Shown: positions 30,043 to 38,881 of the stretch, one piece after another | How positions within the stretch are numbered: position 1 is the stretch's first letter | How the letters are laid out: each line of letters starts with the position of its first letter | Source: Alphaproteobacteria bacterium | Lineage (GTDB): Bacteria; Pseudomonadota; Alphaproteobacteria; RF32; CAG-239 | Direction: 5' to 3' | Assembly (NCBI GenBank): GCA_017465945.1 | Contig: JAFTVD010000008.1 | Coordinates: 91,144 to 155,143 of the forward strand | Length of the DNA stretch: 64,000 bases | Notes under the pieces: model-generated | What the model saw: the letters and a program-made list of their open reading frames with translations, nothing else | Told to the model about the DNA's origin: nothing | Database searches by the model: none | Translations under genes and position numbers: made by a program

Positions 30043-31433
30043 TGAGTTTTGATTTTAATTTTGATAATAATATTACAGATTCAATATCTCACAAAAAAGA
30101 ACCAACTGCTAAAACAGTTACAGAAATTTCAAATGAAATAAAACGTTTCGTAGAAGGTAATTTTAATAATATTTATGTAAAAGGCGAAATTTTTGGAGCC
30201 AAAAGAGCCGATTCTGGGCATTGGTATTTATCATTAAAAGATGAAGGTGCAGTTTTGTCAGCTGTTTGCTGGCGAGGAGTTGCCTCTAATTTAAAAATAA
30301 AAATAGAAGATGGTTTAGAAGTCATTGCTAAAGGAAAAATAACAACATTTGCGGGCAAATCATCTTATCAATTAGTAATAGAAAGTCTTGAACCAGCAGG
30401 TAAGGGAGCTCTGTTAAAACTTTTGGAAGAGCGTAAACAACAATTTATAAAAGAAGGTTTGTTTGATAATGCACATAAAAAGCCGATTCCATATTTACCT
30501 GAAACAATAGGCGTTGTATCTAGTGCATCAGGTGCGGTTATTCGTGATATTATACATAGAATAAAAGATAGATTTCCAAGTCATATTTTATTGTGGCCAA
30601 CACCGGTGCAAGGAGAAGGGGCAGCAGAAAAAATAGCTTTTGCAATAGATGGATTTAATAATTTAGATGAAAAAAGTAAAATCAAACGACCAGATGTAAT
30701 AATTGTGGCAAGAGGCGGTGGTAGTCTAGAAGATTTATGGCCATTTAACGAAGAGATTGTAATCAGAGCAGTATATAATTCTAAAATACCAATCATATCA
30801 GCAGTTGGTCATGAAACAGATACCATGTTAATTGACTATGTTTCAGATAAAAGAGCTCCAACACCAACAGGTGCTGCCGAATTTGCTGTTCCAGTGAAAG
30901 ACGAACTATTATCTAGTATGAATATTTTTGATAATCGAATGCGAAATGCAATAAGACGTTATTTAGCTGAATATAAAAATAAAATAGAAGGATTAGGAAG
31001 AGGAATACCAAAGTTAGATCAAATATTAAACGAAAATATACAAAAGTTAGATTATAGAGTTGAACGTCTTCAAACAGCGATGATAAATTATATAAAATTA
31101 AAACAAAATGTGTTAAATCTAGCAGAAATAAAGCCAATATATATCAATACACTTGTAGAACGCTATAAAGATAAATTAGATTCTCTATCATATCGTTTAG
31201 AAGGAGTTTCTGTTGATAGTGTACTAAAAAGGGGGTTTGCTTGGGTAAAAGGTGAAAATCTTCAAACAATATACAATGTAAATGATGCAAGAAAACAATC
31301 AAGCTTAACAATCCGTTTTGCAGATGGAGAAATATCTACCTCAAGTATGCCGTTAAAAGAAGATATATCATCTAATAAAGATAAAAAAACAAAAATTGAT
31401 GAAAAAATACAAGCTTCGTTATTTGATTATTAA
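30039..31433 (+). CDS. xseA: exodeoxyribonuclease VII large subunit
   Basis: 464 aa with an OB-fold N-terminus (VKGEIFGAKRADSGHWYLSLKD) and a catalytic core (VARGGGSLEDLWPFNEE, SAVGHETD). An ATGA overlap links it to ftsY. Confidence 0.88.
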   Translation: MMSFDFNFDNNITDSISHKKEPTAKTVTEISNEIKRFVEGNFNNIYVKGEIFGAKRADSGHWYLSLKDEGAVLSAVCWRGVASNLKIKIEDGLEVIAKGKITTFAGKSSYQLVIESLEPAGKGALLKLLEERKQQFIKEGLFDNAHKKPIPYLPETIGVVSSASGAVIRDIIHRIKDRFPSHILLWPTPVQGEGAAEKIAFAIDGFNNLDEKSKIKRPDVIIVARGGGSLEDLWPFNEEIVIRAVYNSKIPIISAVGHETDTMLIDYVSDKRAPTPTGAAEFAVPVKDELLSSMNIFDNRMRNAIRRYLAEYKNKIEGLGRGIPKLDQILNENIQKLDYRVERLQTAMINYIKLKQNVLNLAEIKPIYINTLVERYKDKLDSLSYRLEGVSVDSVLKRGFAWVKGENLQTIYNVNDARKQSSLTIRFADGEISTSSMPLKEDISSNKDKKTKIDEKIQASLFDY

Positions 31434-31475
31434 TAACTCATGTATATGCTAAAATAAATAATAAGGAGATTTAGT

Positions 31476-32276
31476 ATGCATATTTTTTGGCTTGCATTCA
31501 TTCAAGGGTTTACAGAATTTTTACCAGTAAGTTCATCTGGGCATTTGATATTATTTGCAAAATACTCAGGTTTTAGTGATCAAGGACAAGCTATAGATAT
31601 TGCATTACACATAGGCTCACTAATTGCTGTTGTTTTATACTTTTGGTCAAGTATAAAAGAAATGCTAGTATCATTATGGCAAAATAAGTTTAAGCCAGAC
31701 TTTAAAATCAAAGGAATAAAATTAGCTTATTTCCTCATAATCGCAACTATTCCAGCAATTATAATAGGAGGATTATTATCATATTTTGGTACATCATGGA
31801 CAAGAGATACAAAATTAATAGGATACCTTTTAATAATATACTCTATATTGCTTTGGTATGCAGATACTTCATTTAAAACAACAAAAACTCTTGATACTAT
31901 GACCTTAAAAGATGCTATATCAATAGGTTTGGCACAAACTTTAGCGTTTCTTCCAGGAACAAGTCGTTCTGGTATAACAATAACAATGGGGAGATTTTTA
32001 GGTTATAATCGAAGCGAGGTCGCAAAGTTTTCTATGTTGCTATCGATTCCATCGATTCTAGCAGCAGGAATTTTAGCAACATATAATCTTTTGCAACAAG
32101 ATAGCATACAGCAATTAATTTTAGGAGGATATGCCGTATTATGGTCATTTGTCTTTTCATTTATAGCAATTCTTTTTATGATGAAGTGGCTTAGGACAAA
32201 AACATTTTTACCTTTTATAATATATAGAATAATACTAGGTGTATTGCTATTGTTAGATGCATATGGTGTGATATAA
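31476..32276 (+). CDS. uppP: undecaprenyl-diphosphate phosphatase
   Basis: EFLPVSSSGHL and PGTSRSGITI are BacA/UppP signatures. Confidence 0.9.
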   Translation: MHIFWLAFIQGFTEFLPVSSSGHLILFAKYSGFSDQGQAIDIALHIGSLIAVVLYFWSSIKEMLVSLWQNKFKPDFKIKGIKLAYFLIIATIPAIIIGGLLSYFGTSWTRDTKLIGYLLIIYSILLWYADTSFKTTKTLDTMTLKDAISIGLAQTLAFLPGTSRSGITITMGRFLGYNRSEVAKFSMLLSIPSILAAGILATYNLLQQDSIQQLILGGYAVLWSFVFSFIAILFMMKWLRTKTFLPFIIYRIILGVLLLLDAYGVI

Positions 32277-32283
32277 AATATAA

Positions 32284-32370
32284 GCTCTGGTGGCGAAATT
32301 GGTAGACGCGTAAGTTTCAGGTACTTATGGAAAATTTTCCGTGAAGGTTCAAATCCTTTTCAGAGCACCA
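32284..32370 (+). tRNA. tRNA-Leu (anticodon CAG), class II with long variable arm, encoded CCA
   Basis: I folded it by hand. The acceptor is GCTCTGG/TCAGAGC, the anticodon stem TAAGT/ACTTA and the loop TTCAGGT. The variable arm is TGGAAAATTTTCC, the T-loop GGTTCAAATCC and the 3' end ACCA. Confidence 0.9.
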
Positions 32371-32411
32371 TTAAATTAAAATTATTTTCTATACTCATTG
32401 GGAGATAAATT

Positions 32412-33074
32412 ATGAAAACAATTATATTGTCAATATTTTCATTTTTTATATTTATAAACAATACGTTTGCAAATAATAGTGTGCTAGATGAACGGTTATT
32501 GTCATTAAGTAGCAAAGGTAATAATGCGCAACTTATACAAATGGTGATAGACGGAGGCGCAGATGTCAACGTTAAAGATAAACAGGGATATACACCTTTA
32601 TTATATTCATGTGCAAAAGGTTATTATGATAATGTAAAAGTTCTATTAGAAAATGGAGCAGATGTAAATGTAAAATTAAAAAAAGAAACTCCCATTTTAT
32701 TGGCAATGAAAAATGATAATATTACACCAGAAATATTAGAATTACTAATAGAAAAAGGTGCAGATGTTAATGTAAAAGACGATATTGGACGGACTCCTTT
32801 AATAATTGCTAGTACGTCATACACAGATACAAAAGTTATAGAAGTTCTTTTAGATGCAGGTGCAAAAATAAATGCTATTGGAGGGGGCTCAAGAGCATTA
32901 GATATGGCATGTAGTTTTAATAGCAATCCAGATATTATAAAGCTACTATTAAAACGTGGTGCAGATGCAAAATTAACAGATAGCATAGGTAGAAGTGCAA
33001 TATATTATGCCAAAATGAACGAAAACCTAATAGGAACAGAGGCAATGAAAATGTTAGAAAAAGCATCACAATGA
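32412..33074 (+). CDS. secreted ankyrin-repeat protein
   Basis: A signal peptide (MKTIILSIFSFFIFINNTFA) is followed by about 5 ANK repeats (GADVNVKDKQGYTPLLYS, GADVNVKDDIGRTPLIIA and others). Confidence 0.85.
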   Translation: MKTIILSIFSFFIFINNTFANNSVLDERLLSLSSKGNNAQLIQMVIDGGADVNVKDKQGYTPLLYSCAKGYYDNVKVLLENGADVNVKLKKETPILLAMKNDNITPEILELLIEKGADVNVKDDIGRTPLIIASTSYTDTKVIEVLLDAGAKINAIGGGSRALDMACSFNSNPDIIKLLLKRGADAKLTDSIGRSAIYYAKMNENLIGTEAMKMLEKASQ

Positions 33075-33103
33075 AAACTATGAAATAAATTTATCATTAC
33101 AAA

Positions 33104-33133
33104 ATCCCCTAAAGTTTTCACTTTAGGGGATTT
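33104..33133. terminator. bidirectional intrinsic terminator
   Basis: A perfect 11-bp stem, ATCCCCTAAAG-ttttca-CTTTAGGGGAT, is flanked by A and T runs. It lies between convergent genes. Confidence 0.7.
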
Positions 33134-33138
33134 AAATA

Positions 33139-33909
33139 TTAAAGAATTATACTATGAGCTTTTTTCTCATGAAGTTGCGCTCTTTTAGAGGCTTCTTCTA
33201 AAAAAGCTCTGCATTTTTCTAAAGAAAAATGCCCATCATCACCTTTGAGTTTTCCTTCAGCATCAATAGAAAATTGACCATTAGAAGGTACAACCTTGCT
33301 AATCTTATCAATTTCTTCTGCTACATTTTCAGGTGATAAACCTCCCGCATACCCTTGAGGTATATCATCAAAAATAGGAGCTGGGCGATTTTCTGGTACA
33401 ATTCCTTCGCCAAAAGAAGAATCAAACAATAATTCAAATTTTGCACCGCTATTATACAGTTGTTGTATGAATTCTGCGTTACTATCATTATGTTGAAAAA
33501 TAAACACCAACTCAGGATATTTTTTCATCATTTGAATAATAGTTTCAACTTTTGGTTCTTTTTCTCTACCAATCTTAAAATTAAGCTGTACTTTTTTTAT
33601 AAAATTTTCACCATCTGATAAAGTAAGACCCAAGAAATGTTCAATTTCATCAGGTGCATCACCAGAGCAAAAGCGTTCTACCCAATCTTGATTTATATGC
33701 AAAGCGATGTTTAGATTAAGTTCCTGTTCTTTCAAATGGTAGTACAAGGCCATAATCCACCAAAATCGAGCCATACCAAAAGAAGCTTTTTTGCCAGATA
33801 CTTGGATGCCAATACTAGCTGTTTCGTTGTAGTTACAAAACAAGTCAACTAATTTTTCGATATTCGTGTGCTCATTAGCACCAGAACAAGTAACACATTT
33901 TAGTTTCAT
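33139..33909 (-). CDS. divergent TrpF-like (phosphoribosylanthranilate isomerase fold) TIM-barrel protein
   Basis: The protein is collinear with PRAI landmarks. These are N-terminal KCVTCSG (vs KICG), LLFDSSFGEG (vs LLD..GGtG), YAGGLSPENVAEEI (vs LAGGLnpeNV..ai) and FSIDAEGKLKGDDGHFSLEKCRAFLEEA (vs GVDVSSGVE..G.KD..ki..F). No other trp genes are in the window. Confidence 0.45.
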   Translation of the reverse strand: MKLKCVTCSGANEHTNIEKLVDLFCNYNETASIGIQVSGKKASFGMARFWWIMALYYHLKEQELNLNIALHINQDWVERFCSGDAPDEIEHFLGLTLSDGENFIKKVQLNFKIGREKEPKVETIIQMMKKYPELVFIFQHNDSNAEFIQQLYNSGAKFELLFDSSFGEGIVPENRPAPIFDDIPQGYAGGLSPENVAEEIDKISKVVPSNGQFSIDAEGKLKGDDGHFSLEKCRAFLEEASKRAQLHEKKAHSIIL

Positions 33910-34046
33910 GATTAATAATATTTAACATTAAAAAATAATAAAATAAAACACTATAGATACTAAAAGATTGTGTTTGTTTGTCAATAAGTTTTATTGGTAA
34001 AATGAATATCTATTATTATTTCAAAAATAATAATTGCAAAAGAATA

Positions 34047-34075
34047 TTGACAAAAGGACAAAATCGAGCTACAAT
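34047..34075 (+). promoter_or_regulatory. near-consensus sigma70 promoter TTGACA-17-TACAAT
   Basis: TTGACA is at 34047-34052, the spacer is 17 nt and TACAAT is at 34070-34075. It sits about 90 nt upstream of the ATG at 34165. Confidence 0.6.
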
Positions 34076-34164
34076 TTAAGAGCAAATCAATTATTGTGTT
34101 TATTTTTATTAGCAGCGGCTGATTATTAAGCACAATACAGTAATAACCTAAAAAACACTAACTT

Positions 34165-35310
34165 ATGAAGAAAATGTTTGCGATTACCACTGAAGAAAAT
34201 TGGTGGAAGGGAGAAGTTGTTATTCGCTACAACCTTTGGACTGTAGCAAAGTTATTAATAGTAATAGCTCTTCTTTATGCGTTATGGATGCTGTTAGGCT
34301 TATTATGGTCAGCAGTTTGTTGGCTTGCTAAAGCAAGTTGGGATGGTATTTGTTGGCTATGGAATGGCATCTGCTGGATTGGAAACTCATGCTGGGATGG
34401 CATCTGTTGGGGTGGAAGCACCTGTTGGGATGGTATCTGTTGGGTTGCAAACCAATGGATATGGCTTCTTGGATTAGTTATTCTTGGAATATTGTTGATG
34501 TTACTAAAGAAAGTTGATTGGAAAAATTTTCTTGGTAAAGTCAAAAATCATTCTAAAACATTGTTGACATTATTATTGCTTTTGTTAGCAGTAGTTCTGT
34601 TATTAACAATAAGAGAATGCTCATCCAATAACACCAGACAGGTTACAGCGGCTCCAATAGTTGAAACAGAAAACACAGAAAACATTGATAGTGTATCCAA
34701 AGTACAAGAAAAAGTCTTTAACGAGGCTTTTGATTGGGTGGTAACTACAAGAGCTTATCTAGATGGTGTCCAAGCAGGAGATAACATCAAAAAGAGAGCA
34801 CTAGTAGGGCTAAAGTATGTTAATGGAAAATCTGTTGAAAAAATGGATTTTACAGGTAAGACATACCAAGAAGCAAAAGAAATTATAGCTTCTGAATGGC
34901 GTACACTTATACTTGAGAGTTTAAATGGTGTTCAATTAAAAGAGCATCAAATGGTTGCCATAACTCTATTTGCCATGCGAAATGGTAAATATGGGTTTAT
35001 AAGCTCTGAATTTCTAAAAGAAGTAAAGAGTGGTAATCTAAAATCCTCAAGTGCAATGTCTCTGCACAAAGCCAACGGTACAGAGAGGTATCTTCGATCA
35101 GAAGCCAGACAATACCTTTGGGTGATAAAGAATATTTGGGATGGAAATATTTCAGTCTCAAAACTTCTTGATTGTCCCATGTTTTCATACAAAAAAATAT
35201 CATTGAGTGATATGTATGATAACAATGGTGTACATCTTTGGTCGCCTGAGATGGAGCAAAAACTCCATGCTGGAAATACCGAAACCCCGAGAGGAGCGTT
35301 AAATCTTTAA
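34165..35310 (+). CDS. membrane protein with W(D/N)GICW Trp/Cys repeats and a C-terminal lysozyme-like (GH24-like) domain
   Basis: 381 aa with 3 predicted TM segments. A Cys/Trp-rich loop (CWLAKASWDGICWLWNGICWIGNSCWDGICWGGSTCWDGICW) lies between TM1 and TM2. The C-terminal pattern LKEHQMVAITLFAMRNGKYGFISSEFLKEVKSG...RSEARQ resembles the phage-lysozyme core (q.dAL.SfaFN.G...f..S.llk.lN.G...RR..E). Confidence 0.55.
   Translation: MKKMFAITTEENWWKGEVVIRYNLWTVAKLLIVIALLYALWMLLGLLWSAVCWLAKASWDGICWLWNGICWIGNSCWDGICWGGSTCWDGICWVANQWIWLLGLVILGILLMLLKKVDWKNFLGKVKNHSKTLLTLLLLLLAVVLLLTIRECSSNNTRQVTAAPIVETENTENIDSVSKVQEKVFNEAFDWVVTTRAYLDGVQAGDNIKKRALVGLKYVNGKSVEKMDFTGKTYQEAKEIIASEWRTLILESLNGVQLKEHQMVAITLFAMRNGKYGFISSEFLKEVKSGNLKSSSAMSLHKANGTERYLRSEARQYLWVIKNIWDGNISVSKLLDCPMFSYKKISLSDMYDNNGVHLWSPEMEQKLHAGNTETPRGALNL
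34339..34443 (+). repeat. short in-frame tandem-like DNA repeats (tgg-ga/aa-tgg-nat-ctg-ytgg) encoding W(D/N)GICW x4
   Basis: Copies start at 34339, 34360, 34393 and 34426, with spacings of 21, 33 and 33 nt. Confidence 0.8.
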
Positions 35311-35330
35311 CGCTCTATTCTACTCAATTA

Positions 35331-35362
35331 TCCCCCCCTAAACTTTAGAGGGGGATTTTTTA
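35331..35362 (+). terminator. intrinsic terminator
   Basis: Hairpin TCCCCCCCTAAA-c-TTTAGAGGGGGA is followed by a T-run. A perfect inverted repeat, AGCGTTAAA-tc-TTTAACGCT (about 35294-35315), also overlaps the stop codon. Confidence 0.65.
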
Positions 35363-35515
35363 TTTTAATTTTTATAATGTTATTTACAAATTGTTTTTCT
35401 TCATAAAATATTTTCAATAACAAAATTTATTTGATATTTTTCCTAAATAATTGTATAATAAAAAAGGTTTAGCAAAAGAATAATATGTTTAGTTTTGTAT
35501 AAAAGGATATTTTCA

Positions 35516-35686
35516 ATGGAAAATGATGATGAAAAATTAAGAAAAGCATGTCGTGATATATATCATCAATGTGTTGAAGGATTGCTATCTATAGATGATA
35601 CAATATCACTTGAAAGTACATTTATGCAAACAACAGGAGTATATAGATATCACGAACTAGGAACAATATCTAATCCAACAAACTAA
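35516..35686 (+). CDS. small ORF in the same frame as the downstream M48-like ORF (possible N-terminal fragment of a disrupted gene)
   Basis: The ATG at 35516 has an AAGGA RBS. The ORF ends at the TAA at 35684-35686. The downstream ORF continues in the identical frame with no other stop. Confidence 0.4.
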   Translation: MENDDEKLRKACRDIYHQCVEGLLSIDDTISLESTFMQTTGVYRYHELGTISNPTN

Positions 35687-35725
35687 GGAAGAAATGTCAA
35701 AAGGCTACAAAATATTATTGAAAAT

Positions 35726-36463
35726 TTGTGTAACGGAGAGCATCCAGCAAATAAAGAAATAAAAAAATTTATGCTAGAAAATGGTTACATCAAAGAAAAT
35801 AATGGAAAAATAGAATTTATGCCATCTTTTATATTGCAAACACCTGACAATGGGTTGTCTGGTGGTTGCACAAAATTAGATAAAAATGGCAATGTTTTGA
35901 TTATAATTAATGAGCAACAAGCTCAAAGAGAAGATAGTAGTTTAGCAGTTGTTTTAGGACATGAAATATGCCATCAAATGATAAATGAAAAAATGCAAAA
36001 TAACGGAACATCAGCAGAGGTAGAGGCTCTTTGTGATTTAGTAGGTCTAGTTGCAGCTAAAGGTGCTGGATATGATGTTCGAAATAAAATTGCAGAAGAT
36101 GAAAAAGATTATAGCAGAGATACGCAAAAGCAAATTTATGAAAAATTTTTTTCAGACCATTCACCTGAAGAAATCGAAAAAATGGTGGATACGCACATGG
36201 AAAATACTGTTAATACGTTTTATATGCCTAAAAAGTTAAAAAGAGTTGCTGAATTTGTAGATAGAAAAGTTCCTCTATCAACAATGATGAAAAATAAAAG
36301 AAACGTAGAGCAAGCAAAAAAAAGAGTTAGGAATAAAATATCATCATGTCATTCTAACAACAATGATAATACACCAAGCAAAGAAAGTGTTAAGCCTCAT
36401 AATAAAACTAATGCAAATATGCAATTACCACTTAGCACAATTATTGATACACAAAAATCATAG
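35726..36463 (+). CDS. HExxH zinc-metalloprotease-like protein (minimal M48-like core)
   Basis: VVLGHEICHQM is followed by SAEVEALCDLVGLVAAKGAGYD, which resembles the M48 E..AD...aGyd segment. The C-terminal tail is basic. The start is uncertain: TTG at 35726, ATG at 35771, or a fusion with 35516..35686. Confidence 0.5.
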   Translation: MCNGEHPANKEIKKFMLENGYIKENNGKIEFMPSFILQTPDNGLSGGCTKLDKNGNVLIIINEQQAQREDSSLAVVLGHEICHQMINEKMQNNGTSAEVEALCDLVGLVAAKGAGYDVRNKIAEDEKDYSRDTQKQIYEKFFSDHSPEEIEKMVDTHMENTVNTFYMPKKLKRVAEFVDRKVPLSTMMKNKRNVEQAKKRVRNKISSCHSNNNDNTPSKESVKPHNKTNANMQLPLSTIIDTQKS

Positions 36464-36525
36464 TTTATTATTTTAAAGTATAAAAATAAAAATCCCAAGT
36501 ACTATTAAAGTACAAGGGAATTTTT

Positions 36526-37215
36526 TTAGTTTAATTCAATAAATTCATCTACAATTTGTTTATAGATGTTTTTACTGTTTTCTACGTGTTCCACTCTTGC
36601 TCTTATCATTTCAACAGGAGTATGACGCTTTGTTTGTTGTTCTCGAATTTTAGCTCTCTTTATAGCTATATCAACATCACAATGAATGTAAAACATTCTT
36701 GTTTTGTATCCGAGCTTTTTAACATTTTCTAAGAGCTCTTGATGGCATTTAGGAGTGCCACCATGGTCAAAGAAAATATTTTTCTTCGCCTTTATCGAAC
36801 GTGCCAATAATTCATATCCGGCAATTCTTGCAGGAATTTCCCATTTTTCGAAAGCTTTTACAGGTCCGAGAACCTCAACATCTTCACGATATTTGGGATG
36901 CGCCATCATCAAAAAATCAAAACCAATAAATACATACCCCTCAAACTGTTCCTTATTTTGCTGATAAAAAGTACTTTTTCCAGCAGCTGGAATTCCGAGC
37001 ATATGAACAAGTTCAGGATTGGATACTGTTGGTGCTTCACTGATGAATTTGTCAATAATAACATCAAACCCTTCGACATTAAGCTCATCGAAAGTACAAG
37101 GGATAACTTCATTTATCCCCGGAATTAGTTCTTTCATAATAGTAGTGTTAATAATTTGTTTCGAACGCAAATTATCATAAAATATTTTTTTGTCAATATT
37201 TAAAGAGGGAGACAA
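36526..37215 (-). CDS. zeta-toxin-family P-loop kinase (orphan, no adjacent epsilon-like antitoxin seen)
   Basis: The Walker A motif is GIPAAGKSTF. It is followed by FIGFDFLMMAHPKYRED, which resembles the zeta D.D..R..HP.Y segment. 229 aa. Confidence 0.55.
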   Translation of the reverse strand: MSPSLNIDKKIFYDNLRSKQIINTTIMKELIPGINEVIPCTFDELNVEGFDVIIDKFISEAPTVSNPELVHMLGIPAAGKSTFYQQNKEQFEGYVFIGFDFLMMAHPKYREDVEVLGPVKAFEKWEIPARIAGYELLARSIKAKKNIFFDHGGTPKCHQELLENVKKLGYKTRMFYIHCDVDIAIKRAKIREQQTKRHTPVEMIRARVEHVENSKNIYKQIVDEFIELN

Positions 37216-37498
37216 TGGTAAGAATTAAAAAAATTAATTTTTATAATATACCAAATTTATTTTCAATTCAAATTTTAACAATATTGCCATAAACTTCATG
37301 TAAAATATCTAAAAAAGTCAATAAATTTATATAAATAACTAAGTGTTTTCTAATCTAGCATAAATTTTTATACTTATTTTTACTAAATGAAATATATAGA
37401 TAATATTTACATATCAAAAACTAAATCATTCATTAATGTTTTATTAGCAATAAATTTGTAATATAAACGACAATATTATAACAAAGAGGATTTATGTA

Positions 37499-38695
37499 AT
37501 GAAAAAAATTTTGAGTATTTTATGTTTGAGTTTTTTTATTGTTGTAGAAAGTATAGCTACTGAAGGTAGTTCTCATAATAATGCTACTAAAGATAGTAAT
37601 GTTGTAAATAATTCTCCTTATTTATATAATTTTAGTGATAAACTTTTAAAGTCTGCAAAAAGTTGCACTCCTTACACGGAAAATTTTACAGAACTTAATC
37701 CTAAATTAGGCGATAAAAATACTCTATTGGGGGGTAAGCTAACAGTTTTGATTAATATTAAAGGAGAGCAAGAAAATAAATGTGTTTTTGATGTTGAAAT
37801 GAAATTAGGAGCACTTGGTCGTCAAATTTATCATTGTAAAATCAATGATACTCAACAAAGCACTTTATATAAGGCTATGCTAGACCGTTCAAACGATATT
37901 ATAACAGAAACATTTGATAGTTATGTGATAACTAAAAATGAAGATGGAGATATAATTGATAAAAAGACATATAAAACAACAATGACAGATAATCGCTTTA
38001 ACATTGAATGGTCTAAAATTGTTGAAGAGTGTGATATTGAACAAAAAACGTTAGCTAAAGAAGAAGAAGCAGACTTAGAGAAACAATTTAATACATTCGA
38101 AGATGGAGTTCTTTCATCATTACATAATTGTGAAAAAACATCAACTTATAGAGAAGTTTTATTTTTTAGAGAGAATATTGAAGTAAAGGGATGGGATAAT
38201 GGAAAATGTATTTTAGAATATGACGATTTTACCCTTTTATTGCCGCAAGAACATTTAAAAAATATCCAAGCATGGGACGATATTCATAAAATAATAAAGA
38301 ATAAAGAAATTGCAAAATATCATTACGAGAAAAAATATATACATGATTATATTTTGTATGCTGTAGGTTTCTGTTCTAGGACAGATGGTACTACTAATGG
38401 TATATCAATGACCACTAATGGTATAAAAGTAAAAAGCTATATTAAGTATAAAAAAACACCAACAGGATGTGATGTTGCTTTTGTTAATTTGTTAAATCGA
38501 GGTGAAGGTGAAGAAGATTACACTAAAATTTGCAAATTACCCAAAAGTTACGTTCAAGATATTAATGATAAATATTCTGATTTGATAAGGAGTTATTTAA
38601 GAAAATCAAATATTAGTTCTACAACTAAAGCTCAGATAGAAACTATAAATGAAAAAATTTGGCAAGAAATTAATGAAAATCAATTTTGTAATTAG
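37499..38695 (+). CDS. secreted hypothetical protein (orphan)
   Basis: 398 aa with the signal peptide MKKILSILCLSFFIVVESIA and scattered Cys pairs. I recognise no family. Confidence 0.6.
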   Translation: MKKILSILCLSFFIVVESIATEGSSHNNATKDSNVVNNSPYLYNFSDKLLKSAKSCTPYTENFTELNPKLGDKNTLLGGKLTVLINIKGEQENKCVFDVEMKLGALGRQIYHCKINDTQQSTLYKAMLDRSNDIITETFDSYVITKNEDGDIIDKKTYKTTMTDNRFNIEWSKIVEECDIEQKTLAKEEEADLEKQFNTFEDGVLSSLHNCEKTSTYREVLFFRENIEVKGWDNGKCILEYDDFTLLLPQEHLKNIQAWDDIHKIIKNKEIAKYHYEKKYIHDYILYAVGFCSRTDGTTNGISMTTNGIKVKSYIKYKKTPTGCDVAFVNLLNRGEGEEDYTKICKLPKSYVQDINDKYSDLIRSYLRKSNISSTTKAQIETINEKIWQEINENQFCN

Positions 38696-38821
38696 AGGAA
38701 ATAAAAGCTACACATAGTTTAAAATAAATTTTTATCATAAACCAATCTTAAAACTAAAAAAATTGATAATTTTTAGATTATAGCTAGGGATATTTTACAT
38801 AGTACAAACAATTAATTTAAA

Positions 38822-38850
38822 TTGACGCAATTTTATATTTATAGTAAAAA
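38822..38850 (+). promoter_or_regulatory. sigma70-like promoter TTGACG-17-TAAAAA
   Basis: TTGACG is at 38822-38827, the spacer is 17 nt and the -10 like hexamer is at 38845-38850. It sits about 30 nt upstream of the ATG at 38882. Confidence 0.4.
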
Positions 38851-38881
38851 TAAGCTATAAACGTAAAGAAAGAGTACTTAA

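Noticed and set aside
32624-32986. 120-aa ORF antisense to the ankyrin gene
   Set aside because: It is an antisense artefact of the repeat-coding sequence.
21004-35362. Three hairpins share the core ATCCCCT(n)AG...CT(n)AGGGGAT (21004, 33104, 35331). I considered whether they form a REP/palindromic mobile repeat family.
   Set aside because: All three sit exactly at gene 3' ends with flanking A and T runs and behave as ordinary intrinsic terminators. The loops and flanks are unrelated, so the shared C4/G4 core is most simply convergent terminator design in AT-rich DNA. A whole-genome motif count would be needed to revisit this.
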